DNA from: Longimicrobiales bacterium
Lineage (GTDB): Bacteria > Gemmatimonadota > Gemmatimonadetes > Longimicrobiales > Gaopeijiaceae
Reading direction: 5' to 3'
Length of the DNA: 64,000 bases
Assembly (NCBI GenBank): GCA_965248195.1
Contig: CBDFIQ010000002.1
Location: 544,001-608,000, forward strand
In this document: in pieces, positions 54,276 through 64,000 of the stretch
Numbering within the stretch: the stretch's first letter is position 1
Layout: the number at the start of each line of letters is the position of its first letter
Notes under the pieces: generated by a model
The model's input: only the letters and a program-made list of their open reading frames with translations
The model's database searches: none
Told to the model about the DNA's origin: nothing
Translations under genes and position numbers: made by a program

Positions 54276-55550
54276 GTGACCGTTGAGCTCAGTACCTTCG
54301 CGAAATCCCTGACCGCCGAGACGGCGTTCACCGTGCTGGCTACGGTCAAGCAGCTGCAAGCCGCAGGGAAGGATGTGGTCGAGCTGGAGATCGGAGACAG
54401 TCCCTTCGACTCCGCCGCTCCGGCCAAGGCCGCCGGTATCGAAGCCATCGAGCAGAACCACTCCCACTACTGCCCGTCACCCGGCCTGTCGGACTTCCGT
54501 GATGCGGCGGCGCGACAGGTCCGTGACGAATTCGGCCTCCCCGCCGAGCGGGAGAACGTGGTGGTAGCCCCGGGTGCCAAGATTTTCGAGCAATTCTTCT
54601 GCGAGGCGTTTCTGAACCCGGGCGATGGGGTGTTGGTCTTCAGTCCCTATTTTCCGACGTATGTGCCGAACATCGTCCGACGGGGCGGTCGGCCTGTGTT
54701 CGCACCCCTCAGTCAGGCGAACGACTTTCGGCCGGACACCACCGATATCGAGCGCTTCCTGGCGGAGGATTCGTCACCGAAGGCGATTTTCCTCAACTCG
54801 CCGCACAACCCGACCGGCGGAGTGGCGACCGAGGAGGACCTCCGGCGCATCGCCGACCTGATTCGAGGCGAGCAGATCGCTGTCTTCAGTGACGAGCCCT
54901 ACTGCCATATGGTGTGGAAAGGGCGGCACCACTCCTTGATGGCTCAGCCTGGCATGCTGGACCAGGGGGTCGCGGCGTACACCTTCAGTAAATCCTACAG
55001 CATGAGCGGGTGGCGGCTCGGGTTTGCGGTATCATCGCCGACCACCGCGGAGTCCATGAGCACGATGGTCAACACGACACTCTCCTGCACTCCGCCGTTC
55101 GTGCAGATCGCCGGCAAGGCCGCCCTGGACATGGACCGCGCCGAGCGAGATGCGGTGATGGACAAGTTCAGCGGGAAGGTGAGTTTGCTGACCGAGGGCC
55201 TCAGCCGTCTCGATGGCTTCCGCACTCTCGAACCACGTGCCACGTTCTACGTTTTTTCGGACGTGTCGAGCGTCTGCAATCGGCTGGGCATCACCAGCCA
55301 CGGCCTGGCGCTCTATCTCCTGGAGGGGGCCGACGACGAGTTCGGCGTGGCGTGTCTGGGCGGAGAGTGTTTCGGAGACGCGGGGGCCGGTTTCATGAGG
55401 TTCAGCTGTGCGGCATCGGACGAGCGGCTGCAAGAGGCGTTGGACTTCATTCCGACGGCGTTGAGCCGAGAGAGCAGGGTCCAGGAGTTTCTCGAGTCCC
55501 GCCCCGATTTACGTCTGCCTGCTCCGTATCCGGCGGAGGGCGAAGGATAG
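54276..55550 (+). CDS. PLP-dependent aminotransferase class I/II
   Basis: LNSPHNPTG, SDEPY, FSKSYSMSGWRLG. Confidence 0.93.
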   Translation: MTVELSTFAKSLTAETAFTVLATVKQLQAAGKDVVELEIGDSPFDSAAPAKAAGIEAIEQNHSHYCPSPGLSDFRDAAARQVRDEFGLPAERENVVVAPGAKIFEQFFCEAFLNPGDGVLVFSPYFPTYVPNIVRRGGRPVFAPLSQANDFRPDTTDIERFLAEDSSPKAIFLNSPHNPTGGVATEEDLRRIADLIRGEQIAVFSDEPYCHMVWKGRHHSLMAQPGMLDQGVAAYTFSKSYSMSGWRLGFAVSSPTTAESMSTMVNTTLSCTPPFVQIAGKAALDMDRAERDAVMDKFSGKVSLLTEGLSRLDGFRTLEPRATFYVFSDVSSVCNRLGITSHGLALYLLEGADDEFGVACLGGECFGDAGAGFMRFSCAASDERLQEALDFIPTALSRESRVQEFLESRPDLRLPAPYPAEGEG

Positions 55551-55715
55551 GTTTGTTTCAGGACGCCTCTGATTGGGGGGCCGCAAACGGTGGGGCTGCC
55601 TGAGGACGGAGAGGCCCCTTCCGGAGGCTCCCCGTCGAGAGGCTACATACCCAGTTCATGGCCGCTTCACTTTCGACCTGGAGTAGATCCATTCACCGGT
55701 CGCGGGATTGTGAGG

Positions 55716-56210
55716 TCAGGGGCGCCCCCGCCCTCCACCGTCGGCGTCGGCCTCGATCCGGGTCGTCGTTACAGGCCCCATTCCCATGATCTGGACCGTC
55801 ACCTCCTCGTCCTTGGCCATGTCGTAGTGATGGCCGTAAGGCGGCTCGTAGATGAAGGTGCCAGCGTCAACCGGCCTCATGTAGTCGGGATCGTAGACAT
55901 CGGCTCGGGCGCCGGTCGACACCCACCACCTGCCCTTGATGACCGTGATATGCCGGGCCTGATCGTGGAAGTGGGGGCGGCTGCCCTGCCCCGGACCGAA
56001 AGTGATCCGGATCACGTAGAGCCCGGGCTCGCTGGGATTGCCGAGAATGACCGTCGATCGACTGCCCTCGGGGGGCTGGAGGTCTTGCGGTGTAGCGATG
56101 AAGAATCCCTCGGCGTCGGGCGTCACGCCCTGGCCCGACGCCGTGTTGGCCCAGAGCAATAGCGTGCTGGACACGCAGCAGGCCCACATAATCCCTCGCG
56201 ACCGTACCAT
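55716..56210 (-). CDS. Secreted cupin-domain protein
   Basis: G.PS.PGLYVIR..F, PHFH...R.ITV.KG.W, HHYD, GMGP; start re-assigned to ATG 56210 behind GGAGG. Confidence 0.85.
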   Translation of the reverse strand: MVRSRGIMWACCVSSTLLLWANTASGQGVTPDAEGFFIATPQDLQPPEGSRSTVILGNPSEPGLYVIRITFGPGQGSRPHFHDQARHITVIKGRWWVSTGARADVYDPDYMRPVDAGTFIYEPPYGHHYDMAKDEEVTVQIMGMGPVTTTRIEADADGGGRGRP

Positions 56211-56799
56211 GACTTCCTCCTCATTCTCATTTTCGAGTGGCCTGCTATCGTCCCGCAACTGCCATCTTCCGGGCGCAACATAGGAAGCCCGAACGGCGAC
56301 GGCAAACGACGCGGCCGACGACGGCGACGTGCGGGGAGCCGCCCCTAGGCGCGGCGATTGTGCGGACCATCGGCAGGCCCAGCGCAAAGAGCGCGGTCAA
56401 GCCGAGGCATGGATCACGGGATGTCCTCGCGTGCGTGAGTTGATTCCGTTTCCTCGATTAATGAATCGTTTGACGCCCCGACACGCTCGGTGGGAGCGCC
56501 GTCTCACTTCGTTTCGGGGCGGCTTGTCCGCGGTCCCGCCCCCTCCCACCACCCCTGGCCTCCCAGATACCCGCTCGACGGAGTAAGACGGTGATCCAGA
56601 GCCATCATATCGGGCTCTCTGAAGCTGCCCCCTAAGCGGAAGTTCCGGGAAAGGGAGGCGATCCCTCGGGTGGCGGTGCCCTCGTCCCGTCCGGCCATGT
56701 TGATGCCACCGGACTCGCCTCACCGTGCGCGATGCGCCCGACGTTTCGCCGTGTACGAGTCAGCCCTCAGTCACACCCACCCCGGCCGCCCACGGCGCC

Positions 56800-57804
56800 G
56801 AACGGTGGGCCCGTCACGTCTGTGTCATCGACGGCATGTTCTGCGAGGATCCCGAGGGCTCGGTCCAGTTCCACGAGGCCATCCATCTCACGGCCTCCGA
56901 CTGGGAGCAGCTACAGCAGACCGTTCGACACCGCGTGCTCCGTTACTTGCACCGCCACGCCTTGCTCGAACGCCACGTCACCGATGACATGCTCAGCTGG
57001 CAAGCGTCCGGTGGGTTCAGCATCGATGCCTCGGTCCACATCGCGGCCCGTGACCGTGCTGGGCTCGAACGACTCCTGCGCTACTGTGCCCGTCCTCCCT
57101 TCGCACTCGAACGGATCGAGGCTACCGGGTACGGTCTGCCTGGAGGCGAGCGCATCGTCTACCGCGTCCCCAATCCCGCGCCGGGCGGCGGCACCGCTCT
57201 CTCGCTCACCCCCCTCGAGTTCCTCGAGCGGCTCGCTCTGCTCATTCACCCGCCACGCATCCATCGCCACCGCTATCACGGGGTGCTGGCTCCCAATGCA
57301 AAGCTCAGGTATCAGGTCATCGCGTTCGGGCGTGAGCAGGATAATGTAGAGGAGCCGCCTCTAGGGCAGCTCGACGCTCAGTGCGTCGCGGGTTTGTCTG
57401 ACGGAGCCAGCCCAGGCCGCCGTACTTCCTCGAGATGGGCCGCCCTTATCGCTCGCATCTATGATGTCCTCCCGCTCGTGTGCCCCTCGTGCGGCGGATC
57501 CATGAGTATCATCGCCTTCGTCACCGATCCAACGCCCGTCCGCTCCATCCTCATCTGCCTCGATCTTCCCAGTCGGCCTCCTCTCCTGACTCCCGCCCGC
57601 GGCCCACCCCAGACCGAGCTCGGATTGAGCTCCGGTCGCCTTCGGCAATCCTCGCTCGTCTCGGCGGTGGGCGTCGCCTCAGCGGTTAACATTTCGGCGC
57701 CTCGGCTCGATCAGTCTTCCGGATTCGATCCCACTGATCCGCAGCCCCTTCCCGACCACGCTTCGCGCGGTCCCCTCGAGTTCGATCAGTCCGTACCCGA
57801 CTGA
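56800..57804 (+). pseudogene. IS91/ISCR-like rolling-circle (Y2) transposase, 5'-truncated
   Basis: H.CVIDG, GFSIDASV.I, GLERLLRYCARPP, PLEFLERLA.LI.PPR.H.HRYHGVLAPN, WA.LIARIY...PL.CP.CGG.M.II; N-terminal zinc-binding part missing. Confidence 0.85.
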
Positions 57805-58006
57805 GATATAGCCCGACGGACCACGGACCCGCCCTCCCCGACTCGGGGGTCGGGTCCGTTCAGCTTCTCTTGCCCATCCACGCATCCGCTCGTCCGATCT
57901 TGCATGGGCGAACGGTGAGAGTGCACCTCGGGCTGGGCACGGCCTCGCAAGGGTAGGTCCCTGGGTGCCTCGGCTCGCTCAAGGAGCGTGCCGAACTTGG
58001 ACAAGG

Positions 58007-58026
58007 GCCTTTGAAACGCCTATCCC
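58007..58026 (+). mobile_element. oriIS-like end of the IS91/ISCR element
   Basis: GCCTTTGAAACGCCTATCCC about 200 bp downstream of the transposase resembles the ISCR oriIS (GCGTTTGAACTTCCTATAC). Confidence 0.6.
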
Positions 58027-58181
58027 TAGAGCGCGGTCGAGATGGACGCCCTGTTTGATCTCCTCCGAGACAACTGAGGATCTCGACGCAGTGGAGTTGC
58101 GTGGGGATCTCCACCGTGCTTCCTTTCCGAGAAATCGTGCGGTTAGAGGCGTAATCTTGGACCAGGAGTCAGAGGGTCTCG

Positions 58182-58670
58182 ATGCCACGAATTGGGGATC
58201 AAGAGGACCTCGAGCGCGACGCTGCCGCGCTCCAGCGAGCTCTGACAGATCTGATGCGCGTATATCAGTTCCGGGATCGGGACGCGATCTGCTGCTACGA
58301 CATTTCGACGGGCCAATGTCACGGACTGGAACGCTTGGCGAATTCCGGTCCGATGACCCTCAATGAGTTCGCCGCCTCGTTGTACTTGGAGAAGAGCAGC
58401 GCCAGCAGGCTCGCGGATGGCCTCGAACGAAAAGGATACATCACGAGGAAACCCCGCGTGGACGATGCCCGCTACCTACAGCTGAAGCTCACCCAACGCG
58501 GCGAGACGCTGCATGACCGAATCGAGCGAGATCTGATCGAGGAGCGCGCACTGGTTTTAGCCGACCTGACCGCGAAGGAGCGTAAGCTGGTCATCGAGTC
58601 GATCGCTCGTCTCTCTGGTGCCGCGGCGGCCCGAGTATCAACCGAAGCCGGCTGCTGCGTCCGAAACTGA
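58182..58670 (+). CDS. MarR-family regulator with Cys-Cys motifs
   Basis: wHTH LEKSSASRLADGLERKGYI.R....DAR...LKLT.RG; ICC..IS..QCH and terminal GCC. Confidence 0.88.
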   Translation: MPRIGDQEDLERDAAALQRALTDLMRVYQFRDRDAICCYDISTGQCHGLERLANSGPMTLNEFAASLYLEKSSASRLADGLERKGYITRKPRVDDARYLQLKLTQRGETLHDRIERDLIEERALVLADLTAKERKLVIESIARLSGAAAARVSTEAGCCVRN

Positions 58671-58674
58671 CCCC

Positions 58675-60681
58675 ATGATCTCCATCTCGAACCTCGCCAA
58701 GACTTACGGCGACCGTACGCTCTTTTCCGGCGCGTCCTTCCAGCTCAACGCGGGCGAGCGCTACGGACTCGTGGGTGCCAACGGCTCCGGTAAGACGACT
58801 TTCCTCGACATCGTGAGCGGTGAGCTGGAGGCCAGTGAGGGTGCCGTGACCATTCCCAAGCGGCTGCGGCTCGGTGTTCTTCGCCAGGATCAGTTCTTAT
58901 ACGAGGACGAGGAGATCCTCGCGGTCGCCATGATGGGCAACGCGGAGCTCTGGGAGGCCATGGCGGAGAAGGAGGCGCTCCTGACGAAGGCAGAGGAATA
59001 CTTCGACGCGAACCGCTTCAGTGAGTTGGAGGCGACCGTGCAGCGCCACGATGGCTACACGGCAGAGGCCCGGGCCACCAAGATCCTGGAGGGGCTCGGT
59101 CTTCCGGGACACATTCATGGGGATCCGCTGTCCACGCTCTCGGGGGGTTTCAAGCTCCGCGTGTTGCTCGCTCAGGTTCTGGCCAGTGCTCCCGATGTCC
59201 TGCTCCTCGACGAGCCGACGAACCACCTCGACATCCTCTCGATCCGGTGGCTGGAGATGTTCTTGCGGGACTTCGCCGGGCCCGTGGTCGTGATCTCCCA
59301 CGATCACCGCTTTCTCGACAACGTCTGCACTCACATTCTCGACATCGACTACGAGTCCGTGCTCGTATATCACGGGGACTACACAACTTTTCTCCAGGCG
59401 AAGCAGGCCGAGCGCGAGCGGCGGGAGAAGGGGATCGCCGCCAGGGAACGCGAGATCGCGCATCACCAGAAGTTTGTGGATCGCTTCCGCGCCAAAGCGA
59501 GCAAAGCACGCCAGGCGCAGAGCAGGGTGCGCATGATCGAGAAGAAAGCGGAGGGGTTGACCGAGCTCGCTCCCAGCTCCCGCCGGTATCCGACGTTCCG
59601 CTTCGAGCAGGTTCGAGACAGCGGACGCGACGTCCTCGAGATTGAAGGGGTGAAGAAGGCGTTTGGCGACAACCAGGTGCTCCATGGTGTGGATCTCCTC
59701 GTGCAGCGCGGCGAACGGCTGGCGATCATGGGGCCGAACGGTATCGGCAAGTCCACCCTCCTCAAGATCATCACGGGCGAGCTCGAGGCCGATCAGGGCG
59801 AGGCCGAGTGGGGATACGAGACCCATCCCGCGTATTTCGCACAGGATCATCGGGATCAGCTCCACCCTCCGCACAATACGGCAGAGGGCTGGGTTTGGGA
59901 TTCCTGTCCGGACAGGGATATCGGCTACGTGCGAGCCCGTATGGCGCTCATGCTTTTTTCCGGGGACGACTCCAAGAAGCGATTGAGCGCGCTTTCAGGC
60001 GGTGAAGCGGCTCGGCTGGTGTTCACCCGCTTGTCGATCGCCCGTCCGAACGTGTTGGTGCTGGATGAGCCCACCAACCACCTGGACCTCGAGTCGATCG
60101 AGGCGCTCGTCGAGGGCCTCAAGGCGTTCCCGGGGACCCTCATCCTGGTGTCCCACGACCGCTGGTTCGTGAGCCGCTTGGCCACCCGTATCGTGGAAAT
60201 CAAGCCGGAAGAAATCCGCGACTATCATGGGACCTACGAGGAGTACGTGCACTTCTGCGGGGACGACCACCTCGACGCTGACCGCGTGATCCTCAAGGCG
60301 AAGACGGAGAAGCGGAAGAAGAAGGGGAAGGGGACCGGGAAGGAGACCGGGAAGGAGACCGGTCTCGGGACCGGGACGCGGACGGGTAGGGCGGCGGATT
60401 CGGAGGTCGAGAGAGGAAACGGGCGGAAGGCGACGCCTGCCGTGGGTATCTCGAAGGCCCGCAAGAAACAGCTCTTGAAACGTCAGGATGAGCTGACGGC
60501 TTCCATTGAAGAAGCGGAGGCTCGCGTGGCCGAGATCGACGAGGTGTTCTGCCAGCCGGCTTATTACGAACGAACGGCGCCGGACGAGGTGAAGGCGTTG
60601 GAGACTGAGCGCACTTCGCTACAGAGCGAGGTCGCCGACCTCATGTCGGAGTGGGAGCGCGCCGAGGAGGAAGTCGGGTAG
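58675..60681 (+). CDS. ABC-F family ATPase with C-terminal coiled coil
   Basis: Two cassettes (GANGSGKT/LSGG/LLDEPTNHLD; GPNGIGKST/LSGGE/LDEPTNHLD), no TM domains; start re-assigned to 58675. Confidence 0.95.
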   Translation: MISISNLAKTYGDRTLFSGASFQLNAGERYGLVGANGSGKTTFLDIVSGELEASEGAVTIPKRLRLGVLRQDQFLYEDEEILAVAMMGNAELWEAMAEKEALLTKAEEYFDANRFSELEATVQRHDGYTAEARATKILEGLGLPGHIHGDPLSTLSGGFKLRVLLAQVLASAPDVLLLDEPTNHLDILSIRWLEMFLRDFAGPVVVISHDHRFLDNVCTHILDIDYESVLVYHGDYTTFLQAKQAERERREKGIAAREREIAHHQKFVDRFRAKASKARQAQSRVRMIEKKAEGLTELAPSSRRYPTFRFEQVRDSGRDVLEIEGVKKAFGDNQVLHGVDLLVQRGERLAIMGPNGIGKSTLLKIITGELEADQGEAEWGYETHPAYFAQDHRDQLHPPHNTAEGWVWDSCPDRDIGYVRARMALMLFSGDDSKKRLSALSGGEAARLVFTRLSIARPNVLVLDEPTNHLDLESIEALVEGLKAFPGTLILVSHDRWFVSRLATRIVEIKPEEIRDYHGTYEEYVHFCGDDHLDADRVILKAKTEKRKKKGKGTGKETGKETGLGTGTRTGRAADSEVERGNGRKATPAVGISKARKKQLLKRQDELTASIEEAEARVAEIDEVFCQPAYYERTAPDEVKALETERTSLQSEVADLMSEWERAEEEVG

Positions 60682-60733
60682 CGGAGGCCGGTTAGCGGAG
60701 GCCGGGTAGCGCAGGTGGCTTCGAGCGTCCCCA

Positions 60734-61453
60734 TTACTCCCTGGGCTCCCCGGCCCGCGTCCTGGCGATGGTATCCAGCCCGGGATATTGCCGGTCCAGG
60801 AACCCGTTGCCGACGATCATGATCGAGTCCTGGTACATGACTGGCGCCTCGCCGTGGCCGGCAAAAAGGGCGTCCACCACCTCCATACCGCTCACCACCC
60901 TCCCGACCGGAGGGAATCCACCGGAGCAACATGTATCGTAGATGGGGTTGTCCCGCCGATTTATGAACAACTGGGTATTGCGCGAGCCGGGACCGGCCTT
61001 GGCGAACGAAACGGTCCCGCGTGTGTTGTTCGCGACGAGTGGATCGTCCGATATCGTGAGGTCCGCCCATACCGAGTCGAGCGCGGGCTGCCCGCTAAGG
61101 CCGAACTGTACCACCGGGGGAATGATGCGAAAGAATCGAGCTCCCGCGTAGAAGTTGTAGCGGGTGAGGTGGTAGACACGATCGACCCCCAGGGGTGCCC
61201 AATCCCGATAGAACGCCACGACGAAGTCACCGGCACTCGTCTCGAACGTCGCCGTGAACGAATCCGGCGCCTGGACGGCGAGGTCCGCCGCCGAGGGCTC
61301 CCAGATCGCCAGGCGTGCGATTGCAGCGAACTCTTCGGGCGAAAGGGCCTCCAGACGGCTGGTCCCGTCGGAGGTCATCGAGTCGGACAGCCCGTTTCCG
61401 CCACCACATGCCAGTGTGGCAAGGACCAGGAAAGAAAACAGGGGACTACGCAT
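60734..61453 (-). CDS. Cyclophilin-type peptidyl-prolyl isomerase, lipoprotein
   Basis: Lipobox TLAC; FETSAGDF, WAPLG, FFRII...VQFG, RGTVSFA, QLFIN, GRVVSGMEVVD; start re-assigned to 61453. Confidence 0.9.
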   Translation of the reverse strand: MRSPLFSFLVLATLACGGGNGLSDSMTSDGTSRLEALSPEEFAAIARLAIWEPSAADLAVQAPDSFTATFETSAGDFVVAFYRDWAPLGVDRVYHLTRYNFYAGARFFRIIPPVVQFGLSGQPALDSVWADLTISDDPLVANNTRGTVSFAKAGPGSRNTQLFINRRDNPIYDTCCSGGFPPVGRVVSGMEVVDALFAGHGEAPVMYQDSIMIVGNGFLDRQYPGLDTIARTRAGEPRE

Positions 61454-61475
61454 TCGGCTCAACTCGAAATTGGAC

Positions 61476-61922
61476 TCAGGTGCCCGGCTTGATCCGGAAT
61501 CCGTCGCCGACTTCTTCGCGGAACTCGCTGTGGCAAGACCGGCAGACCGAGCGTAGATCAGACATCGCTTGAGTCGCCTGCGGTCCGCTCCTCGCTCGGG
61601 CCGCCAGGCGTATGGCGCTTGTTGCCGTGAGGGCCGCGGCACTGAAGTCTACCGCCGGTTGCACTTCCCGTGCGGTCCAAAACGTTTGGATCTGCTCGAA
61701 GAAACGGGTCATCCGGTCGGAGCTATCACTCAACTCGTCCCAGTACGTCGCGTCGATGTTCATTCCGACGTCGCCCAGCGTTTGGTCAATCCGCCTCATC
61801 ACTATCGCGTATCCCTCTTCGTTCAGAATCTCTTGGGGCGTCTGGTTCGACGGCTGAAACGCTCCGAGCACCAGAACGAAGGCGACGGTGACCGTGGCGG
61901 GGAGGATTCGATGAACTTGCAT
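61476..61922 (-). CDS. Cytochrome c'-like (class II) protein
   Basis: Signal peptide, helical, C-terminal CRSCH...FR. Confidence 0.8.
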   Translation of the reverse strand: MQVHRILPATVTVAFVLVLGAFQPSNQTPQEILNEEGYAIVMRRIDQTLGDVGMNIDATYWDELSDSSDRMTRFFEQIQTFWTAREVQPAVDFSAAALTATSAIRLAARARSGPQATQAMSDLRSVCRSCHSEFREEVGDGFRIKPGT

Positions 61923-61997
61923 GTTGATGCCCTTCTGGTGATCGATGAATAGGCCGAATTTCGCGGTGAAACTTGACCGCTTTTACCACCGCACACA

Positions 61998-62047
61998 CCA
62001 CGGATGGTGTGAAACGAACGGACCACGGATGGTGTGAAACGAACGGA
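61998..62047. repeat. 2 x 25-bp perfect tandem repeat
   Basis: CCACGGATGGTGTGAAACGAACGGA twice, intergenic. Confidence 0.9.
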
Positions 62048-62099
62048 ATCATGCGCGGTCGGGCCGGCCTCGGCAATAATGCAGGCCCCCTCGGGGGGG

Positions 62100-64000
62100 T
62101 TACACCCCCGTTTCGTCGGAGAGTAGACGGTGCTCCCTCGCGTAGTCGGCTAGCTCTCCCCGGGATCCGATCTCTAGCTTCTGGAAGGTATTCGAGAGGT
62201 GTGTACTCACCGTTCGCGGGGAGATTCCCAACTCCTTGGCGATGGCCTTGTTCGACTTTCGTCGAGCCACCAAGAGTGCGATCTCCAACTCTCGCTGCGA
62301 CAGGGCCTCCGCTCCCGAGCCTTTGGAGATGCTCGGCGGTCGGGTGTCCAACTCGCGGAACATCCCGCGGGTTTTCTTCAGCTCCGGCTCCGCGCCGATT
62401 CTTTTGAAGACGTCATGCACGTGGCGAAGCTCCTCGAGGGCGCCGTCTCGGTCGCCGAGGTCCGCGAGCCTGCCGGCCAGCTGTCTCCTCAGGCGAGCAG
62501 CGTCGTAGATCATGGGCACATTCTCGAGTTTCTCGGCGGCCTTGCGCAACAGCACGGTGGCTCGTTCGATATCGCCTCCGTACCAAACCTTGACTGCCGC
62601 GAAGGCGTCGAGCCAAGCCAGGCCGACTCGGGCGCCCGTCTTCTTGGCGTAACGCCTCATGCGTTGTTCGATGTGGAGGCCGCCCGCAGCGTCATGGAGC
62701 ATGAGGTATGCCTCGCCGATCAACGGCAGTAGACGATGTGCCGCCCAGATGATGAACCCGGTGTTCTCTGCGATCGCCAACCCGGCTTCACCAACCCGAA
62801 TCGCTTCCTCGTACTCTCCGGCGGCTATATGGTAAGCGGCCTTCCCGATATGGGCCGGTACCACGAGATGTACGCGGGGTGTGCCGTCGGTGCCCGCGCC
62901 GGACATCGTCCACGCTTCGTCCACGTAAGCTCGGCCGCGCTCGACCTCCCCGCGGCCCAGGTAGATCAGCGAAAGGAACACCAGAAGACGCGGCAAGAGT
63001 GCGTCTTGTCCAAGGGCCCGCGCCCGGGCCACCGCCCGCTCTCCGAGGGCGATTCCGTTGTTCCACTCCCCTGCGGCCATCGCGTGCTCGAGCGTTACCT
63101 CCGAGGTCCAGAGATCCAGGACCGGAGACCGTAACTCCTTCGCGATTTCACGACAGCGCTGAATGTGGCGGTCCATGACTTCGGTTTCGCCCAGGAAGCC
63201 CTCTGTGATCGCCAGCTGCCAGTAGATCCAGAACGTGACATGCCGGTCTCCGGCCTCCTCGGAGAGGGCGATGGCCTCGCGGCCGTGCTCGCGCACCTCG
63301 TCGGTGTCTCCAAGCCAGGTGTGAAGGATCATCAGCCCATGCCGGACCCTGGCCAGCAGGCTCGGGTCCGCCACCGTCTGGGCGACCGCCAGGGCTGCCT
63401 CCATCTCCTCACGAGCCTCGTCGGCGCTCCCCTGGGCTTGGAGAGCGATTCCTTTGTAAAGATGGAGGTGGGCTTCGATGGACCGATCGCCCGCTGCCTT
63501 GGCGTACGCCAGTCCTTCGGTGTAGGAGCTCACGGCCTCTCGGTACCGGCCGGGGAAATATGCAGCCTGTCCGATCCGGCGGTGGAGGGCGGCCGCGCGC
63601 GCGTTGTCCTTTCGCTCGATGGCGATCTCCAACGCTGCCTTCCAATGGTCCGCGGCGCGTCTGTATTCGCCGAGTCGTTGGAGCACTCGCGCGAGATCCT
63701 CCTTCAGAGAAAGTATCTCTACGCCCGTATCCTCTTCCGTGAAGGCCCCCGCCTCAACCCGCTCCGTCGCCTCCCTCAAAAACCCCTCGGCTTCGCGGTC
63801 TGCCCGGCTCTCCAGCGCGTCCCGGCCTGCGGCGGCCAGGTACCGGACGACCCGGGGGTCATCACCCCCGGCGCGGGAGAAGTGATAGGCAAGGGCATGG
63901 GCCGGGTCGTCGATCACCGCTGCCTCTCCGCGCTCCAACGCCTCCCCCATTCGCTGATGGAGCTTTCGGGCACGGGCGAGCCCCATCTCGGAGTAGATGA
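62100..64000 (-). CDS. Large LuxR-family regulator (TPR/helical repeats + C-terminal HTH), N-terminus outside the window
   Basis: LAYHF, TPR-like repeats, LSQRELEIALLVA...SNKAIAKELGISPRTVSTHL; frame open to the window edge. Confidence 0.9.
   Translation of the reverse strand, partial: IYSEMGLARARKLHQRMGEALERGEAAVIDDPAHALAYHFSRAGGDDPRVVRYLAAAGRDALESRADREAEGFLREATERVEAGAFTEEDTGVEILSLKEDLARVLQRLGEYRRAADHWKAALEIAIERKDNARAAALHRRIGQAAYFPGRYREAVSSYTEGLAYAKAAGDRSIEAHLHLYKGIALQAQGSADEAREEMEAALAVAQTVADPSLLARVRHGLMILHTWLGDTDEVREHGREAIALSEEAGDRHVTFWIYWQLAITEGFLGETEVMDRHIQRCREIAKELRSPVLDLWTSEVTLEHAMAAGEWNNGIALGERAVARARALGQDALLPRLLVFLSLIYLGRGEVERGRAYVDEAWTMSGAGTDGTPRVHLVVPAHIGKAAYHIAAGEYEEAIRVGEAGLAIAENTGFIIWAAHRLLPLIGEAYLMLHDAAGGLHIEQRMRRYAKKTGARVGLAWLDAFAAVKVWYGGDIERATVLLRKAAEKLENVPMIYDAARLRRQLAGRLADLGDRDGALEELRHVHDVFKRIGAEPELKKTRGMFRELDTRPPSISKGSGAEALSQRELEIALLVARRKSNKAIAKELGISPRTVSTHLSNTFQKLEIGSRGELADYAREHRLLSDETGV

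Noticed and set aside
61998..62047. 25-bp direct repeat as a CRISPR repeat
   Set aside because: Only two adjacent copies with no spacer.
1..64000. tRNA/rRNA genes, prophage integrase, att sites, reverse transcriptase or DGR
   Set aside because: None recognised by eye; tRNAscan-SE, Infernal and HMM searches would be needed to exclude them formally.

Overview
GC-rich bacterial window, probably Gemmatimonadota-like (inferred from gene content, not verified). It falls into four blocks. (1) 1-7.8 kb, a mobile/TA islet: a DUF488 gene, an HNH-nuclease remnant, two different IS256-family elements (one with an adjacent inverted partial copy, one intact with an 8-bp target duplication) and three toxin-antitoxin modules (RelE-like killer/antidote, two HicAB), each behind a near-consensus sigma70 promoter with a palindromic operator. 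(2) About 7.8-28.2 kb, a decayed lambda-like siphovirus prophage on the minus strand. It carries a C5 methyltransferase with a nested alternative-frame gene, a J-domain protein, a replication initiator with iterons, a helicase loader, a cosQ-like site, TerS/TerL, a sulfotransferase, a LuxR-like HTH, an IS3 insertion, portal, an S49-protease/capsid fusion, head-tail and tail-tube genes and a truncated tape measure. Two paralogous small HTH-containing cassettes lie on the opposite strand. No integrase or lysis genes were recognised. (3) 28.3-50.2 kb and 53.1-64 kb, host metabolism and envelope genes: MMPL/LolA-like/beta-barrel operon, cimA, cytochrome c-copper monooxygenase, PQQ dehydrogenase, Tat-exported Mo oxidoreductase, PhoD-like protein, glycerate kinase, GMC pair, mobA, SDR, aminotransferase, cupin, IS91/ISCR remnant, MarR, ABC-F, cyclophilin, cytochrome c', LuxR-TPR regulator. 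(4) 50.2-53.1 kb, the most intriguing part: a double-XRE regulator, then a 41-aa lipopeptide gene absent from the ORF track (MRKLVTMWVFLAITGIMTAC-GGSPTDLANCDGVVDPNSYCD), convergent with a TPR protein. This is a candidate peptide-signalling module. All family assignments come from motif recognition by eye; no database searches were run.
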